NCBI GenBank assembly: GCA_951406725.2
Contig: OX597820.1
Location: 496,001-560,000 of the forward strand
Source: Octopus vulgaris
Taxonomy: Eukaryota
Length of the DNA stretch: 64,000 nucleotides
Direction of reading: 5' to 3'
Shown here: in pieces, positions 12,613-25,717 of the stretch
Layout: the number at the start of each line of letters is the position of its first letter
How positions within the stretch are numbered: the stretch's first letter is position 1
The notes under the pieces: generated by a model
Seen by the model: the letters and a program-made list of their open reading frames with translations, nothing else
Told to the model about the DNA's origin: nothing
Database searches by the model: none
Made by a program: the position numbers and the translations under genes

Positions 12613-13297
12613 CTCAAAGAGGACAAGAGTATATACTCACCCATAAGTTGTGCTCATGTATCAATCGCACCCCAACTTCTTCAGTTGAAATCCAGCATGA
12701 ACAAGTGCAACACAGACACAAGTAAATATGGTATTTAATTCTTTTATACTTCAGGTTATTTATATTTTGTTGGCCAGAACATATAAATACCCACTCACCC
12801 AGCCCCAACTTCAAAAGAAGGCAAAATGCTTAATTAGATCTCGTCAGGTCAAAGTGCTTAATTAGATTTGCGACACAAGTCACAAGACTTCAGTTCCATG
12901 CTTTAAACTGCTCTAGTATCTGAGGTTTATCATTTGTTTCAGTTGATGCACAGTGGCCATGCTGGGGCACCACCTTGTAGAGTTTACTCAAAGAAACTGA
13001 CCACAGTACTCCTTTTAAAGTCTGTTACTCATTCTGTCACTTTTGCTGAACCGCTAAGTCAAGGAGATATAAACATGCCAACACTGGTTGTCAAACAAGC
13101 ACACACACACACGCGCATGCAGATGATGGGTTTCCACAAATAAAGTTCACTCACAAGGTATTAGCCAGCCCATGGCCTATTATAGGAAACACTTGCCCAA
13201 GGATGGAACCCGAGGTCCCGCACAACAGGATGGAATCCAAAATTATGAGGTTGGAAAGTGAGCTTCTTGGTTCTACAGAAAGAAAAATCAAATTTAC

Positions 13298-13421
13298 CAA
13301 TTTTTTTGTTCTTTGCACAGGGAATTAAGACTCCATCCACAAATGGCTTTGGGAATTGTTGACTAAAGGTCACAACTGCAGAGACTAAGAGCCTAGAATT
13401 TTGCTTGGACTGCACCACAAA
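13298..13421 (-). CDS. FANCE: FANCE exon 6 (FVVQSKQNSRLLVSAVVTF...KNKKI)
   Basis: Acceptor ttgcctttgtag, donor G|GTAAAT; 124 nt, phase 0 to 1. SRLLVSAVVTF resembles human SRLLTTALTSF (recalled). Confidence 0.88.
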
Positions 13422-14628
13422 CTACAAAGGCAAAATAAATAAATAAATAATGAAAACAATACAAATTTCCCATTAGTTTCGTTTGTAGCTTTGGTTACTT
13501 TGGTGCATTGAAGTATTTAACATTTAAAGGAATTTTACAAATAGGGTCCAGGGTAAGTTTTTGAGACATTTTTAGGAAAAATATGCATCTTATATGCCAT
13601 CAAATAAAGTATTTATGCTGAGAACTACTTCCACCTATTTTGGACAAGTAAAGAATAAAGTGTCCCATAACCTACTCAGCTGTTTGGAACTAAACTGAAG
13701 ACTTTATAGAATATAATGAAGGCAACTTTCAGATAAAAAGTTCCTGACATTAATGCTAATATTTACAGCTAAGTGAACTGAGTCTGCAAGAATTAAATGT
13801 TTTGGTTACACACAAACCCAGTGCAACATGACAGGATATGATCTTTCAGCTAACACTTTATTCTTCCAATCTCGATCAGTTAACACATACGGACACACGT
13901 CTCATAATATCTTAAAACCACTCTCTTTCCCATTCAGTGCAAAGAAAGAGAAATCAAAAACAACAAACAGAAAAAGAATCGAATCAATGGCCTTATTAGC
14001 CATAATACTCTGCTGGGAGACTCACTACCAGTGATAAATGGAGAAGAACAGCAACTGTTGTGCTATGACTTAAGTCCACCTTGTCTGCCTCCATTGTCAC
14101 TGACAGAATATCCACCTGTCCACGTAAAAAGCACCATCCGATCGTGGCCGTTTGCCAGACTCGTCTGGCACCTGTGCCGGTGGCATGTAAAAAGCACCCA
14201 CTACACTCACGGAGTGGTTGGCGTTAGGAAGGGCATCCAGCTGTAGAAACACTGCCAGATCAGACTGGAGCCTGGTGCAGCCTTCTGGCTTCCCAGACCT
14301 CAGTTGAACCGTCCAACCCATGCTAGCATGGAAAGCGGATGTTAAATGATGATGATGATCCTGTACTCTTTATGCGATAAACCACTGATTGAAAGAATGA
14401 TATATCTGAAGCAATGGTCTATGGGTTGTACCTGGTCATTTGGTCAAGAGAGCTGACCTGAGGCTATACAGCAACATAACCGTTTATGATAATGCTTATT
14501 AATTTGATGTGTATATAAATGTATGTACAATTGTTTATGCATGTGTGTAAGTTCTTGTTTTTAAAACTTATATACATCAGTCAATCATTTATCTTTCTTA
14601 CAAAAGATGACAAATGGCAACCACTCAC

Positions 14629-14772
14629 CCTGGGAAGAATACAATCTTTGGCCAAGACCAGGCTGTTGGCATAACTGATTTGATTGCCGACCTCAGCAAA
14701 ATGTTTGCATATCATGGCAAAGGAGGATTCTGACAGGGACTCAACATCTAACATGTGGCAGATTTGGTGAAC
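14629..14772 (-). CDS. FANCE: FANCE exon 5 (VHQICHMLDV...LAKDCILPR)
   Basis: Acceptor tttttag, donor AGG|GTGAGT; 144 nt, phase 0-0. Not in the ORF track; translated by hand. Resembles the start of the FANCE C-terminal helical domain. Confidence 0.88.
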
Positions 14773-16619
14773 CTAAAAAAAAAGAAAGAAGAAAAATTAA
14801 ACAGAAAACAAATGGTTTTACTCTATTCACCATTGTAACCTAGCTTCCCCCCTCCACCTTTTTTGAGCCCTGGGTTTCATAAGGCAAGTTATTCAGTTTC
14901 CATGGTGTAGAAGTGACTAAGATCACAACATCCCGGCTGAACAGGATGTTGGTCTGTTGCAGGGTTTGAGATCAACAATTTTGAGGGGCAGGGTTAGGTC
15001 AATTACATTGATCTCACTGCTTGACTGGTAATTTATTTTACTGACCCCAGGGTGATGAAAGGTTACTAAGCATTTTCGTCTGATATGCATGATTCTGTCA
15101 GCTATTGTTAGGCTTGAAGAAGTAATCAGCAATCCATCTCTGGATAACGAGGTTTAGTAATAACATCAAAACAACAGAAATGAGATTTGTGTATTCCTTC
15201 ACTAATACACGAATGGAATCAGAGAAATACACAACTACAACCAGGAATTAAAACCAGGTCTAAGCTTTTGGATGAGAAATATTTTCTGGTGGTTCTACAA
15301 GTTGTGGTGCACCTGAGCACTGTATACAATAATTTCATTATTATTATTATATATATATATATATATAGATAGGATCAATATTTCAGTTAGTCCTCTACTC
15401 TGTCCAACTTGACCATTTACCAGAATGAGACAACTGGGCAGAGCTGACACTCAGCCTCTTTTAGAAACAATACTTTTATGTAATGGAGGCACAGACACAC
15501 GTACATGTGCTCAGAAATATGCAGAGAGGGAGAGAGAGAGACTTTGTGATTTATTCATTGAATGCAATTGACAGAAACACTTCCCTTCTGCACGTTCACA
15601 TAAAGAGAAACATAAAAACGTCTGATGTCAAATAAGTCAGCATCGAACCAGTGATGCCAAAATGTCTCCTTAATCCATCATCATTTAACATCTGCTTTTC
15701 ACGCTGGCATGGGTTGGACAGTTTGATATGTGCTGCTAGGGCTAGGGGCTGCTGCACTAGGTTCCATTATCTCTTCTGGCTTGGTTTCTGAGAGTGTAGT
15801 GGGTGCTTTTTATGTGCCACTGGCATGGGAACCTGTCAGGCGGCACTGGCATTGATCACATTCGGATGGTACTTTTTACATGCTACCAGCATGGGGAGTC
15901 AGTCAGGCAACACTGGCAACGACCCATGCATGAATGGTGCTTATTGCATGCCAAAATGCTTTATTGACTTAATAGAGCTGAGCTAAAAAAAACAACTTTG
16001 CAAGCATGAATTGATGATACACCACATGAAGTTTCCATGTGGCATGCATGAAAAAAAAGCACTCAGTCCATGCTGTGAAGTGGTTGGGTTTAGGAAGGGC
16101 ATTCATTCACAGGAACTGTGCCAAAGCAAACACTGGAGTTCAATGAAGTCCTTGGACCCAATAGGGTCCTGTCAAACCATCCAATGCAATGCCAATATGG
16201 AAAAAAGGGACATTAAATAGTAATGTACAAATCAATGGCTTGTAAACCTTATTTATGTGATGAATGGTAAAACATTATCCATTGTTGAATTCTGCCAAAT
16301 AAGACATCAGACATGCTATAAGATGATGTTTACATTCGTCTCTTATCAACCCTAAATCACCAACCAACAAATGAGTCAATGAAGAGTCGACCTACTAGAA
16401 ATAGCAGCCAAATCTCTTTCAGATCGCCACTTTATAAATAGAAAATAAAAAAGGAAAGTATGTGTATGATATTTATAGTCCTAGATACACTGTGTCTGAA
16501 ATGGAAATTCGTATGGTCCCTGTTGAAATGCCCTTGATGAGAGGTCCCTGTTTGGTCAGGATTAACCTCCAGTGAAATTGCAATAACAACAGCAACAACA
16601 TCGCTGAATCCTCACTCAC

Positions 16620-16721
16620 CTGTTGGTCTGAACATTCAACAAAAAGGGTCAATTCGGGTGGTAACACGTTCTGGGGTTTGTCTCCTTGTTGCCAGACATA
16701 CTTCAACTGGTTGGCCTTCAT
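16620..16721 (-). CDS. FANCE: FANCE exon 4 (MKANQLKY...PPELTLFVECSDQQ)
   Basis: Acceptor ttttgctag, donor CAG|GTGAGT; 102 nt, phase 0-0. PPELTLFVECSDQQ resembles human PPVELQLLHECSPSQ (recalled). Confidence 0.88.
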
Positions 16722-17647
16722 CTAGCAAAAGTACAAAAAGTGGTTAATATATTTTGCTGAGATTGCACGTGCAATTAGGATACAAATACTCCCTCAAAGG
16801 GTCATTTATCTTTAACTTGTTTGAGTCACTGGACTGCTAGGGGCAACGCTTTAAACAGTTTAGTCAACCCAATCAATCTCAATATTTATTTTTTAAGTCA
16901 GGTACTAATTCCATCAATCTCTTTTGCTGAATCACTAAGTTACGAGGACTTAAACTAACACCAGTTGTCAAACAATAGTGGGAGAGGGGGGGGGGGGGGG
17001 GCAAACACAAAGACACACACACACATGCATGATGCGCTTCCACACAGCTGACTCTCTACCAAATTCACAAAGCTTCGTCAATCTGGGGTTATATCAGAAG
17101 ACACTTGCTGAAGGTGTTGTGCAGTGGGACCGAACCCAAAACCACATGGTTGCAAAACAAGTTTATCCAAAATTTTCAGGAATTAAAAGACAACACAGGG
17201 AAGAAGGAATCTTGTCTTGAAACCCGACCAGTGGAAGCAGTGTTATTAGATTTCCTCAACAAAGAATATTCTGTTCATTTGGTAAAACTTTGAAGTGATC
17301 AATTCTGCCATTTAAATTATTTTAATGACTGTATGCATTAATATCTGATTAAAGAAAGGCGTAAATTAGCAGGAATAATTATTAAAATTTTATGTGGAGG
17401 ATGGATTAAGTATCCGAAAGATTTTAATAATTCTTTTATTCTTTTACTTGTTTCAGTCGGTTGACTGTGGCCATGCTGGAGCACCGCGTTTAGGCGAATA
17501 AATCAACTCCAGGACTTATTCTTTGTAAGCCTAGTACTTATTCTATCAGTCTCTGTTGCCAAACAGCTAAGTTATGGGGATATAAACAAACCAACACCAG
17601 TTGTCAAGCGATGGTGGTGGTGGACAAAAACAGATAGACACACACAC

Positions 17648-17696
<49 letters not shown>

Positions 17697-18494
17697 CACG
17701 ACAGGCTTCTTTCAGTTTCTGTCTACCAAATCCACTTAAAAGGCGTTGGTCAGCCCGACACTATAGCAGAAGACACTTGCCTAAGGTGCCATGCAGTAGG
17801 ACTGAACCTGGAACCATGTGATGGGACCACACAGCCACTCCTGTGCCTATGGTGAAAATATAGAGTTTTGACTTAGATCAGTGCAACAAGTAAGATATTG
17901 TAAAGTAGTATTAATGTGGCTCTATAATGATCATTAAGCATCCATGTTCCACGCTGGCATGGATTGGGTGGTTTGACAGGAGCTGGTGAGGCCCCTGGAC
18001 CCCCACCAGGTCCCAGTTGTGGGTTTTGGCATGGTCTCTACAGCATGGTGCCCTTCCTAATGCCAACCACTTTACAGAGTATGGTGGATGTTTCCATGGC
18101 ACCAGCACTAGCGATGCCACCTAGACTACAAACCTTGAGTGGGAAGTGGAGAATAAGGAGGTGGGGAAGGCCAGAGCGGAAGAGGTTCCTTGCTGTAGAG
18201 GGGCTACAGGGCTAGTTAGATTTTAGAAAAGAGGGTGGGAATGATCAGGTGGGGCAGGAAAGTGATAATAGGGGGAGGGGATGAGGTGTTAGGGTGGACC
18301 TTCAAGGTACAAGGTATGTAGGAATGAGTGGGGCAGGGGTGTGTGGGAGGAGTAAAAGGATGTCTTACGGTGTGAGGCAGGAGAATGGAGATGATAATAC
18401 AATAAACAGGACAAGAGAGAGAAAAAGGTAACTCATTTGCAAGTGTTGGACTTCTCTATTAACAATAATACTACAACCTCTAAACTAAACTTAC

Positions 18495-18682
18495 TTCTAT
18501 GTCTGGTGGTAATTCATGAGAAGGCACTTCCACTGGTGATGGGGGTTTGGGAACTTCCATTGGTGATGGGGGTTTGCTGGATTCTTGAACTGGAATATTT
18601 GTAGATTTACTGGATTCGGGTTCGATTGCTCCTTCTTTTGCCACTTCCATAGATTCTTCACTGCAACTGTCAGAATGAATAA
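18495..18682 (-). CDS. FANCE: FANCE exon 3 (acidic/Pro-rich linker, VIHSDSCSEE...LPPDIE)
   Basis: Acceptor tctatttcag, donor GAA|GTAAGT; 188 nt, phase 1 to 0, in frame with exons 2 and 4. Confidence 0.8.
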
Positions 18683-19251
18683 CTGAAATAGATTGTAATC
18701 CATTTAGGATGATGTTGATGATGATGATGATGATGATAGTGGTAAAGCTCATGCCATATTAATAACATTTATCATAACTGTTGTCTTTTTAGGCAGATCA
18801 GTCGTGATTGATGAGACTAATGGCTAAAGATTTTTCAGCTCTTCTTATTTCATCTTTGTTTTTATCCAAGACAATGCTGTGCAATGTTTTCTTTCTAAGA
18901 TGGTAGGGTTTGGTTTGAGGGAAATTTGGTTGCTATATATTGCAGGTCGAACAACTGTATAGAGGCTGCATTGCTAGCTGCAAGATTAAGTTACAGTGTT
19001 TGCCTTTGGTGTGGTTTCTATAGCCAGATGCCCTTCCTAAGGCCAACCACTTCACAGAACGTTCTGGATGCTGCTCTTTTGCAGTATCAGCACTGGTGAA
19101 GTCACCAAGTACTTACAGGACAAAATGCTTCAATTGAGATACAGCACTGAGGGCCATAAAAATGTGTGCATGTATGTATATATATGTGTGCGTATATATA
19201 TATGTGTGTGTGTGTGTGTATATATATGTGTATGTGTGTGTGTGTGTATAT

Positions 19252-20090
19252 ATCATCATTATCATCGTTTAACGTCCGCCTTCCATGCTAGCATGGGTTG
19301 GACGATTTTGACTGAGGGCTGGCGAACCAGACGGTCGTACCAGGCTCCAATATTGATCTGGCAGAGTTTCTACAGCTGGATGCCCTTCCTAATGCCAACC
19401 ACTCCGAGAGTGTAGTGGGTGCTTTTTACGTGCCACCAGCACGGAGCCAGTCAGGCGGTACTGGCAATGACCTCACTCGAATCTTTTTACATATGCCACC
19501 GGCACAGGTGTCAGTAAGGCGACGTTGGTAACAATCATGCTCGAATGGTGCCCTTTTACGTGCCACCGGCACGGAGCCAGTTGGCTATTCTGGCAACGAT
19601 CACGCTCGGATGGTGCTCTTGGCACCCTACTAGCACAGGCACAAGTGCCAGTAAGGCAACGCTGGTAATGATCACACTCGAATGGTGCCCTTTTATGTGC
19701 CACTGGCACGGAAGCCGGTTAGCCGCTCTGTTCTGTCAACAATCACCCTCGTATGGTGCTTTTGCACCCCGCTAGCACGGATGCCAGTCGTTGAATTTGA
19801 TTTTGATTTCACTTGCCTCAACAGGTCTTCGCAAGCAGAGTTTAGTGACCAAGGAAGGAAAAGGTACGCATAAGTGGGCTGGTTACGCCCCTGGCATAGG
19901 CCTCGAGGTTATGGTCTCATTTGGCTTGCCGGGTCTTCTCAAGCACAGCATATTTCCAAAAGTCATGGTCACTAGTCATTTCCTTGGTGAGGCCTAATGT
20001 TTGAAGGTCATGCCAGTCAGTGGGGGCACTGGCATCAATCACGTTTGGATAGTGCTTTTTACTGGCACAGGAGCCAGTCAGGCGAAATTG
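19252..20090 (-). mobile_element. RTE 3' end with expanded tandem 3' UTR repeats
   Basis: Homologous to 5970-6541. Related short 3' ends at about 7660-7812(+), 14120-14358(+), 15675-15950(-), 16040-16215(+), 17930-18110(-), 20570-21140(-), 22140-22320(-). Confidence 0.85.
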
Positions 20091-20531
20091 CAATAAATGT
20101 TTTAACTATGCAAAGAGTTTTAAAAACTAATCCTCATTAAAAGGGATTTAGGATAGATTATTATGAAATCTAACAATTTTGTTCCCATTTACTTGTGTAC
20201 CTTTGTACTACGGACTAAAAGGGGAGAACATTCGTCCGCTGAAGCCAATTGTCCGTAGGTACTGACACTAAGGAGTGGCTAATATCAACAGCTACATTAT
20301 GAAAGACAGAGGAATAAATAGAATTCTGTACTTTTAATCAAGCACATCATCGAATCTGACAGTGTAAAATAGCTGTACATTGTAAATTATATTCTATAAT
20401 ACAGGAAATTCAACATTTTAAATTTAAAATCAGACTTACCATAAATGGTGAAGAGGTGTTGGTGATATGCTGTGATTTTGTCTGCTGCTTCCGAAATTTG
20501 TCAAAGGAAGATCCATAGTACCATGGTATGA

Positions 20532-20569
<38 letters not shown>

Positions 20570-21269
20570 CATCATCGTCATTTAACGTCCGCTTTCCATG
20601 CTAGCATGGGTTGGACGATTTGACTGAGGTCTGCGAACCTGACTCCAATCTGATCTGGCAGAGTTTCTACAGCTGGATGCCCTTCTTAACGCCAACCACT
20701 CCGAGAGTGTTGTGGGTGTTTTTACATGCCACTGGCACGAGGGCCAGTTTGGTGGTACTGGCAATGGCCATGCCCAAATGGTGCTTTTTATGTGCCACCT
20801 GCACAAGAGCCAGTCCAGCGGCACTGGCGACGTCCTCGCTCGAATGTTTCACTAGCCACCAGCACAAGTGCTAGTAAGGTGATGCGGTAACGATCACCCT
20901 CGAATGGTGTTTTTAATGTGTCATCTGCACGAAGGCCAGCTGGTTGCTCTGGCAACGATCTCACTCGTAATGGTACTCTTAGCACTCCACTAGCAACGGA
21001 TGCCAGTCACCGAGTTTGATTCCGACTTCAATTTCACTTGCCTCAACTGGCCTTCGCAAGCAGAGTTTAGTGTCCAATGAAGAAAAGGCATGCGTAAGTG
21101 GACTGGTTACACCCCTAGCATAGGCCACAAGGTTATGGTCACACACACACACACATAGACACACTCACATATAATGGGCTTCTACATAGTTTCTGTCTAG
21201 GAAATCCACACACAAAGCAATGATTGGTCTAGGGCAATAGAGAAGAAACTTGCTCAAGATGTCACCAAG

Positions 21270-21870
21270 TGAAGTGTGGAGGCATCTGCTGTTGCAGTGC
21301 ATTCCTGCATTTGCCATTTGTGAGTATAATCCCAGGTCCTTCTGGGCAACCAGTCAAGCAGAGTCCTGGCCAGTTTCTATCTCCACAGGATACTTCTTCA
21401 TCTGCTGTGACCATGTGGCATGTGGTTGACCAACATGAGCCATCAACCCAGCTGGATCTTCAGTCAATGGAACACAGTTAGCAGCTCAAACAGTCTGAGC
21501 TGGCACTCCCAAATCATACACGTAACAGGACGCATTCCAGCTTCTGAGTAGAGTCGTTGGTTGGACAGGAAATCCAACCAATAGTAACCCATAATCCTAC
21601 CAAAGGAGTTCCGATGGCTCCTAAGGGCCCCAGACAGCATCCAAGTTTCACAACTACAAAGCAGGATAAGGAGGACCAGAGATCTAAAGATCTGAACCTT
21701 TGTCCTCCTGCTCAGATATCAGCAGCACCAAACACCCTTGTCCAATGAATCCACAACTGCACTCTGCTTGTCCAAGTCTTTTTAGGACTCCAGACTCGCA
21801 GCTAATGTCACCATGAAACTCACTGCTAAAATAAGTGAAGCAATCAAAAACTTCAACATTCTCACTCACA
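21270..21870 (-). mobile_element. Old, decayed RTE-like RT fragment
   Basis: Minus-strand remnants EVFDCFTYFSS...LKRLGQA and KVQIFRSLVLLILL..CETW with many stops. Confidence 0.6.
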
Positions 21871-22886
21871 ACAGAAAAAGACAAGAAGACTCGGAGGAAC
21901 TTAGAAGCAGTACAAAATAATTTAAACAAAAACAGAATTTAAAAAGAAGAAAAGTAAAGTTGGTTACCAATGACTGGACTTTCTGGCACTATTATGTTAA
22001 TGCATTGCTCTTGAAGAGAATGCTGTTGGTTTGGAGAGGTCACATCATCTGTGCTTGTAATGTTTCCATCTGGTTGAGAGGGAGAGAAATGAAAGAGTTC
22101 ATGGAACAATTCAAAATGAATTTGCCTCACATTATACATCATTCAACATCCATTTTCTATGGTGGCATGGGTTGGACAGCTTGACAAGAGCTGGTAAGGC
22201 CAGGAGCCGCACCAGGTTCCACAGACAGTTTGGGCTTGGTTTCTACAGCTGGATGCCCTTCCTAACATGTCAACCTCTTTACAGAGAGGGTGCTGGGTGT
22301 TGCCACCAACACAAGTGCTTTTTATTAGTTTGATTGAATTAAATGTGTTGCTTTCTTAGACTGAGACAGGATTTGTTTGGTAGGTATCTTTTACCAGTTA
22401 CTTGTTTTAGTCACTGGACTAGCGGCCATACTGGGGCACTGCCTTGAAAGGTTTAGCTGAACTGATCCCCCTCCACCTCTTGCCCCTCTACTTATTCTTT
22501 TTAAGTTTGATACTTATTCTATTGATCTCTTTTGCCAAACTGCTAAGTTACAAGGACATAAACAAACCAGCACCTATTGTCACATGCTGGTGGTAGTAGT
22601 GACAAGCACACACACACATATACACATATATACACACACACTTACACACAAGTATATACACATACACACACAGGTTTCCTTACAATTTCTGTCCATAAAA
22701 TCCACTCGCCAGGCTTTGGTCGGCCCAGGGCTATAGAAGAGGACACTTGGCCAAGTTACTGCACATTGGGACTGAACTCAGAACCATGTAGTTGGGAAGC
22801 AAACTTCTCAGCCACACAAAGTAAATGAATGACTAAATGAAATGAAGTAAAAATAAACAACAAACAAATAAGAATTGGTGACTTAC

Positions 22887-23236
22887 CAGGAATTTGCTGT
22901 GGTCCCTCTCTAACAAATGAAGGTAAGAAAGGATTGTATTGGTGAGTTGATGCTGGTGACTTCAATATGTCATTTAGTATCTCTTGGTTTTGCTTGGAGA
23001 TGACATGGGGAAAATGGTTATTTGGAAGAAAAGTTTGGTTCCAAGTTAATCTACAATTATACTGAAAATGGTTAAAAAGAGACTGGATCCTATTGTTGGG
23101 GACATATTGGATGTTTTGTTGAATGGTAGCCAGGAATTCTTGTGTAGACTGTTCTGGAAGTTCAGCCAAATGTTGAGTCAAAAATGATAGCAAACATCTT
23201 TGGAAATATTCCGTCAGAAGAAAGAAGGTGGGGCAA
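22887..23236 (-). CDS. FANCE: FANCE exon 2 (CPTFFLLTEY...EGPQQIP)
   Basis: Acceptor ttttgttttcttcag, donor G|GTAAGT; 350 nt, phase 2 to 1, open frame (ORF track 22756..23193). Confidence 0.88.
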
Positions 23237-23589
23237 CTGAAGAAAACAAAAATAAGGCTTTCTTGTATTTGTCACAAGAACATTAGATGAGGGGCATGGG
23301 GGGGGGGGATTTTCAAGGACAAGTTACAATTTGTGTGGTGGTTTACATAAAAGATGAGCAGAGGAAAGGGATAAGAGGGGGAAATGAGATAAAAAATATT
23401 CATAGTATACAAAATCTGTGAAACCATTTATGATGCAGTCCTCATGACACAGGAGGGCCTCCAACTTGGGACAGTCAAGGAACCCAACAGATCCAGGACC
23501 ATCCTGGCCACAAAGGCCTCAAGCCCTTGCCTAACTTTAATTTGCCAATGCTTAGAGTAGGTCCATCCTATTTCTGCCATGATCACTCA

Positions 23590-24640
23590 TCTTTTCACTA
23601 ATTCATTGAGACAGCACTTCCTTCTCTATCTTCACGTTGCTTTCCAAGTAAAACTTTAAAAAACGTTGATGAGGATTTGACTGAAGAGGAAAGTGTCTCC
23701 TCAATCTTTTTAGCCTCATCCACCACACAAACTCTTTTGCCACAGCCACTAAACAGAGGAACACTACCTTCCCTACCTTGGTAAAGGTGAGCAGTGGAGG
23801 TGATCTTCATGATGGACTCAACACATAACAACAGCTGTTTCACATAACTTCACAACTCAGCAATGTTCAAACACTGCAGCATATGCATATGGTTTCGTTG
23901 CTCTGAATGCATCTCAGGCTGTCCTACTTGGTGGCACTTTCATGTCTGCAGATTTTATCTGAAACTGGCAGTGCCCCCTCATTAGGACTGCTAGGCCAGG
24001 AAGTTTTGGAAATTATCCATAGTAGTCTCTGAGCCCAAAGTCCTATGAAACAGGCCAGCAAGCTTGTCCTTGTCAATGCTCGAGTTTCTCTGAGAATGTC
24101 ATCGCTCTCACCCACCACTATATTTTTATATATTGCTAATGCAGAACTTCCACTGACTATATTGCCCAGTTGGTAGAGAGCACCTGATGACATTCTAGGT
24201 GTTCTTAATCTTGGTCCTTTCTTGACCCAGGACTGCAGCTCTGTTAAAGAGATGAGCAGCAGAAAAATGTGTCTTGCAAACAGAAATCACACCTGCTCAC
24301 CACCCAGGAAAATCTGCAGGTGGCACAGCCTCAGTATGTCTGCACATTAGCAGCCATGACATGGTAAGCCCATCATCTAGTGGGTGTGGGCAACAGGTGA
24401 ACTGCCTGGCCAATGGAATGTAGTCCATTTACAGGCTGCAAAAAAGGAGATGCTCCAGTCTGGTCGAATGTAGACAGAGGCAAGGCACACTGTTCAGACG
24501 TTATTAAGGATGCCATGTAAACATTCTCCACCTGTGTTGGAAAATTTGACTCAAGTGTTAAGAGACAGAATTCTGGTTAAGGCCGACAGCTAAGTTGATG
24601 CTGAAAACATGAAGTCAAGCATTTCCACAGATATCCTGTC
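23590..24640 (-). mobile_element. Decayed Tx1-type LINE 3' fragment in FANCE intron 1
   Basis: Alignable by eye to 39780-40900 (e.g. LISLTELQSWVKKGP vs LVSMTELQSWIKKRP); many stops; CpG-depleted. Confidence 0.7.
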
Positions 24641-24762
24641 ACCTTGAGAAAAATGCAACAATTTTACTAGAACATATCTAAAAGATATAACAGTATCGAA
24701 TCAGTGAGCTTTCACATGTGCTGCCAATAATAAAACTCAGTATCAGCTAATAATAATAATAA

Positions 24763-25063
24763 AGAAGAAAAAATAAACAACTCTGACGATTTGAAGTGGG
24801 AAATACGAAGGTTGTGGTCAATGAAGAGAGTAGACGTGATACCAGTAGTGATTGGTGCACTTGGAAGTATCAGGACTCAACTACCAACTTGGCTGGAAAA
24901 GATGGGTGCAAGTGTGAAGGTAGAACACCTACAAAAATCAGCATTGCTTGGAACTGCAAGAATTCTTCGCAGTTTTCATGAAGCCTGACCAGTAAAACAA
25001 GTGTCATGTCAGTTTGTGGACAGCTGACACTTTCCATCATATCCAGCAAAATAAACTGAGTTT
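24763..25063 (+). mobile_element. R4/Dong-type LINE 3' end (restriction-like endonuclease C-terminus)
   Basis: EEKINN.DDLKWEIRRLW...VIPVVIGALG...LQKSALLGTARILR; (TAA)n on both sides. Confidence 0.8.
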
Positions 25064-25686
25064 TAATACAATAATAATAGTAACTGCTTCTAAGATAGGC
25101 ACAAGGTCAGAAATTTAGTATGAAGGAAACAATTAATCCCATCAAACTCAGTACTTGACTGGTGTTTTATTCTATCAACCCCAGAAAGATGAAAAGAAAG
25201 GGGGACTTTGGCTGGATTTGAACTTATTATCTAAAGAGAGATGATACAAATATTGCAAGACATTTTGTCAATACTCATCAGGGCTTTTTCATACATACAA
25301 TAAGAACATTACACATAAAGGTTACGAAAAGTGTGTGTGAGGGGGCGGGGGGCGGAGGGAGACAAAGTGATTTAAAAATGAAGGGAGAAATATAGACTTG
25401 TTATCGTCATCGAATTCTGGCCATGCACACACACTTGCTTGGATGGACAAAGCATTGAATATCTGTAATAGAGTTCATTTGTTCAAAGCTCATGATTTAC
25501 TCTGTTATTACTGAGAGTTTGGTGGCTACATGGGGGGAATTTCTAATGGCAGGGCATGTGATGAATATGTTTCAATGAGTAAAGTAGATATAAAAGCAGA
25601 AGGATGGAATTACTGACAGAATCAGTAATCAGTAAGAGGGTTAACCTCTTACTTAGCAGACAAACTAGTGATAAAAGAAAGTAGAG

Positions 25687-25717
<31 letters not shown>

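Noticed and set aside
19415-19790. CRISPR-like repeat/spacer appearance
   Set aside because: The spacers resemble each other, the array lies in an RTE 3' UTR, there are no cas genes and the context is eukaryotic.
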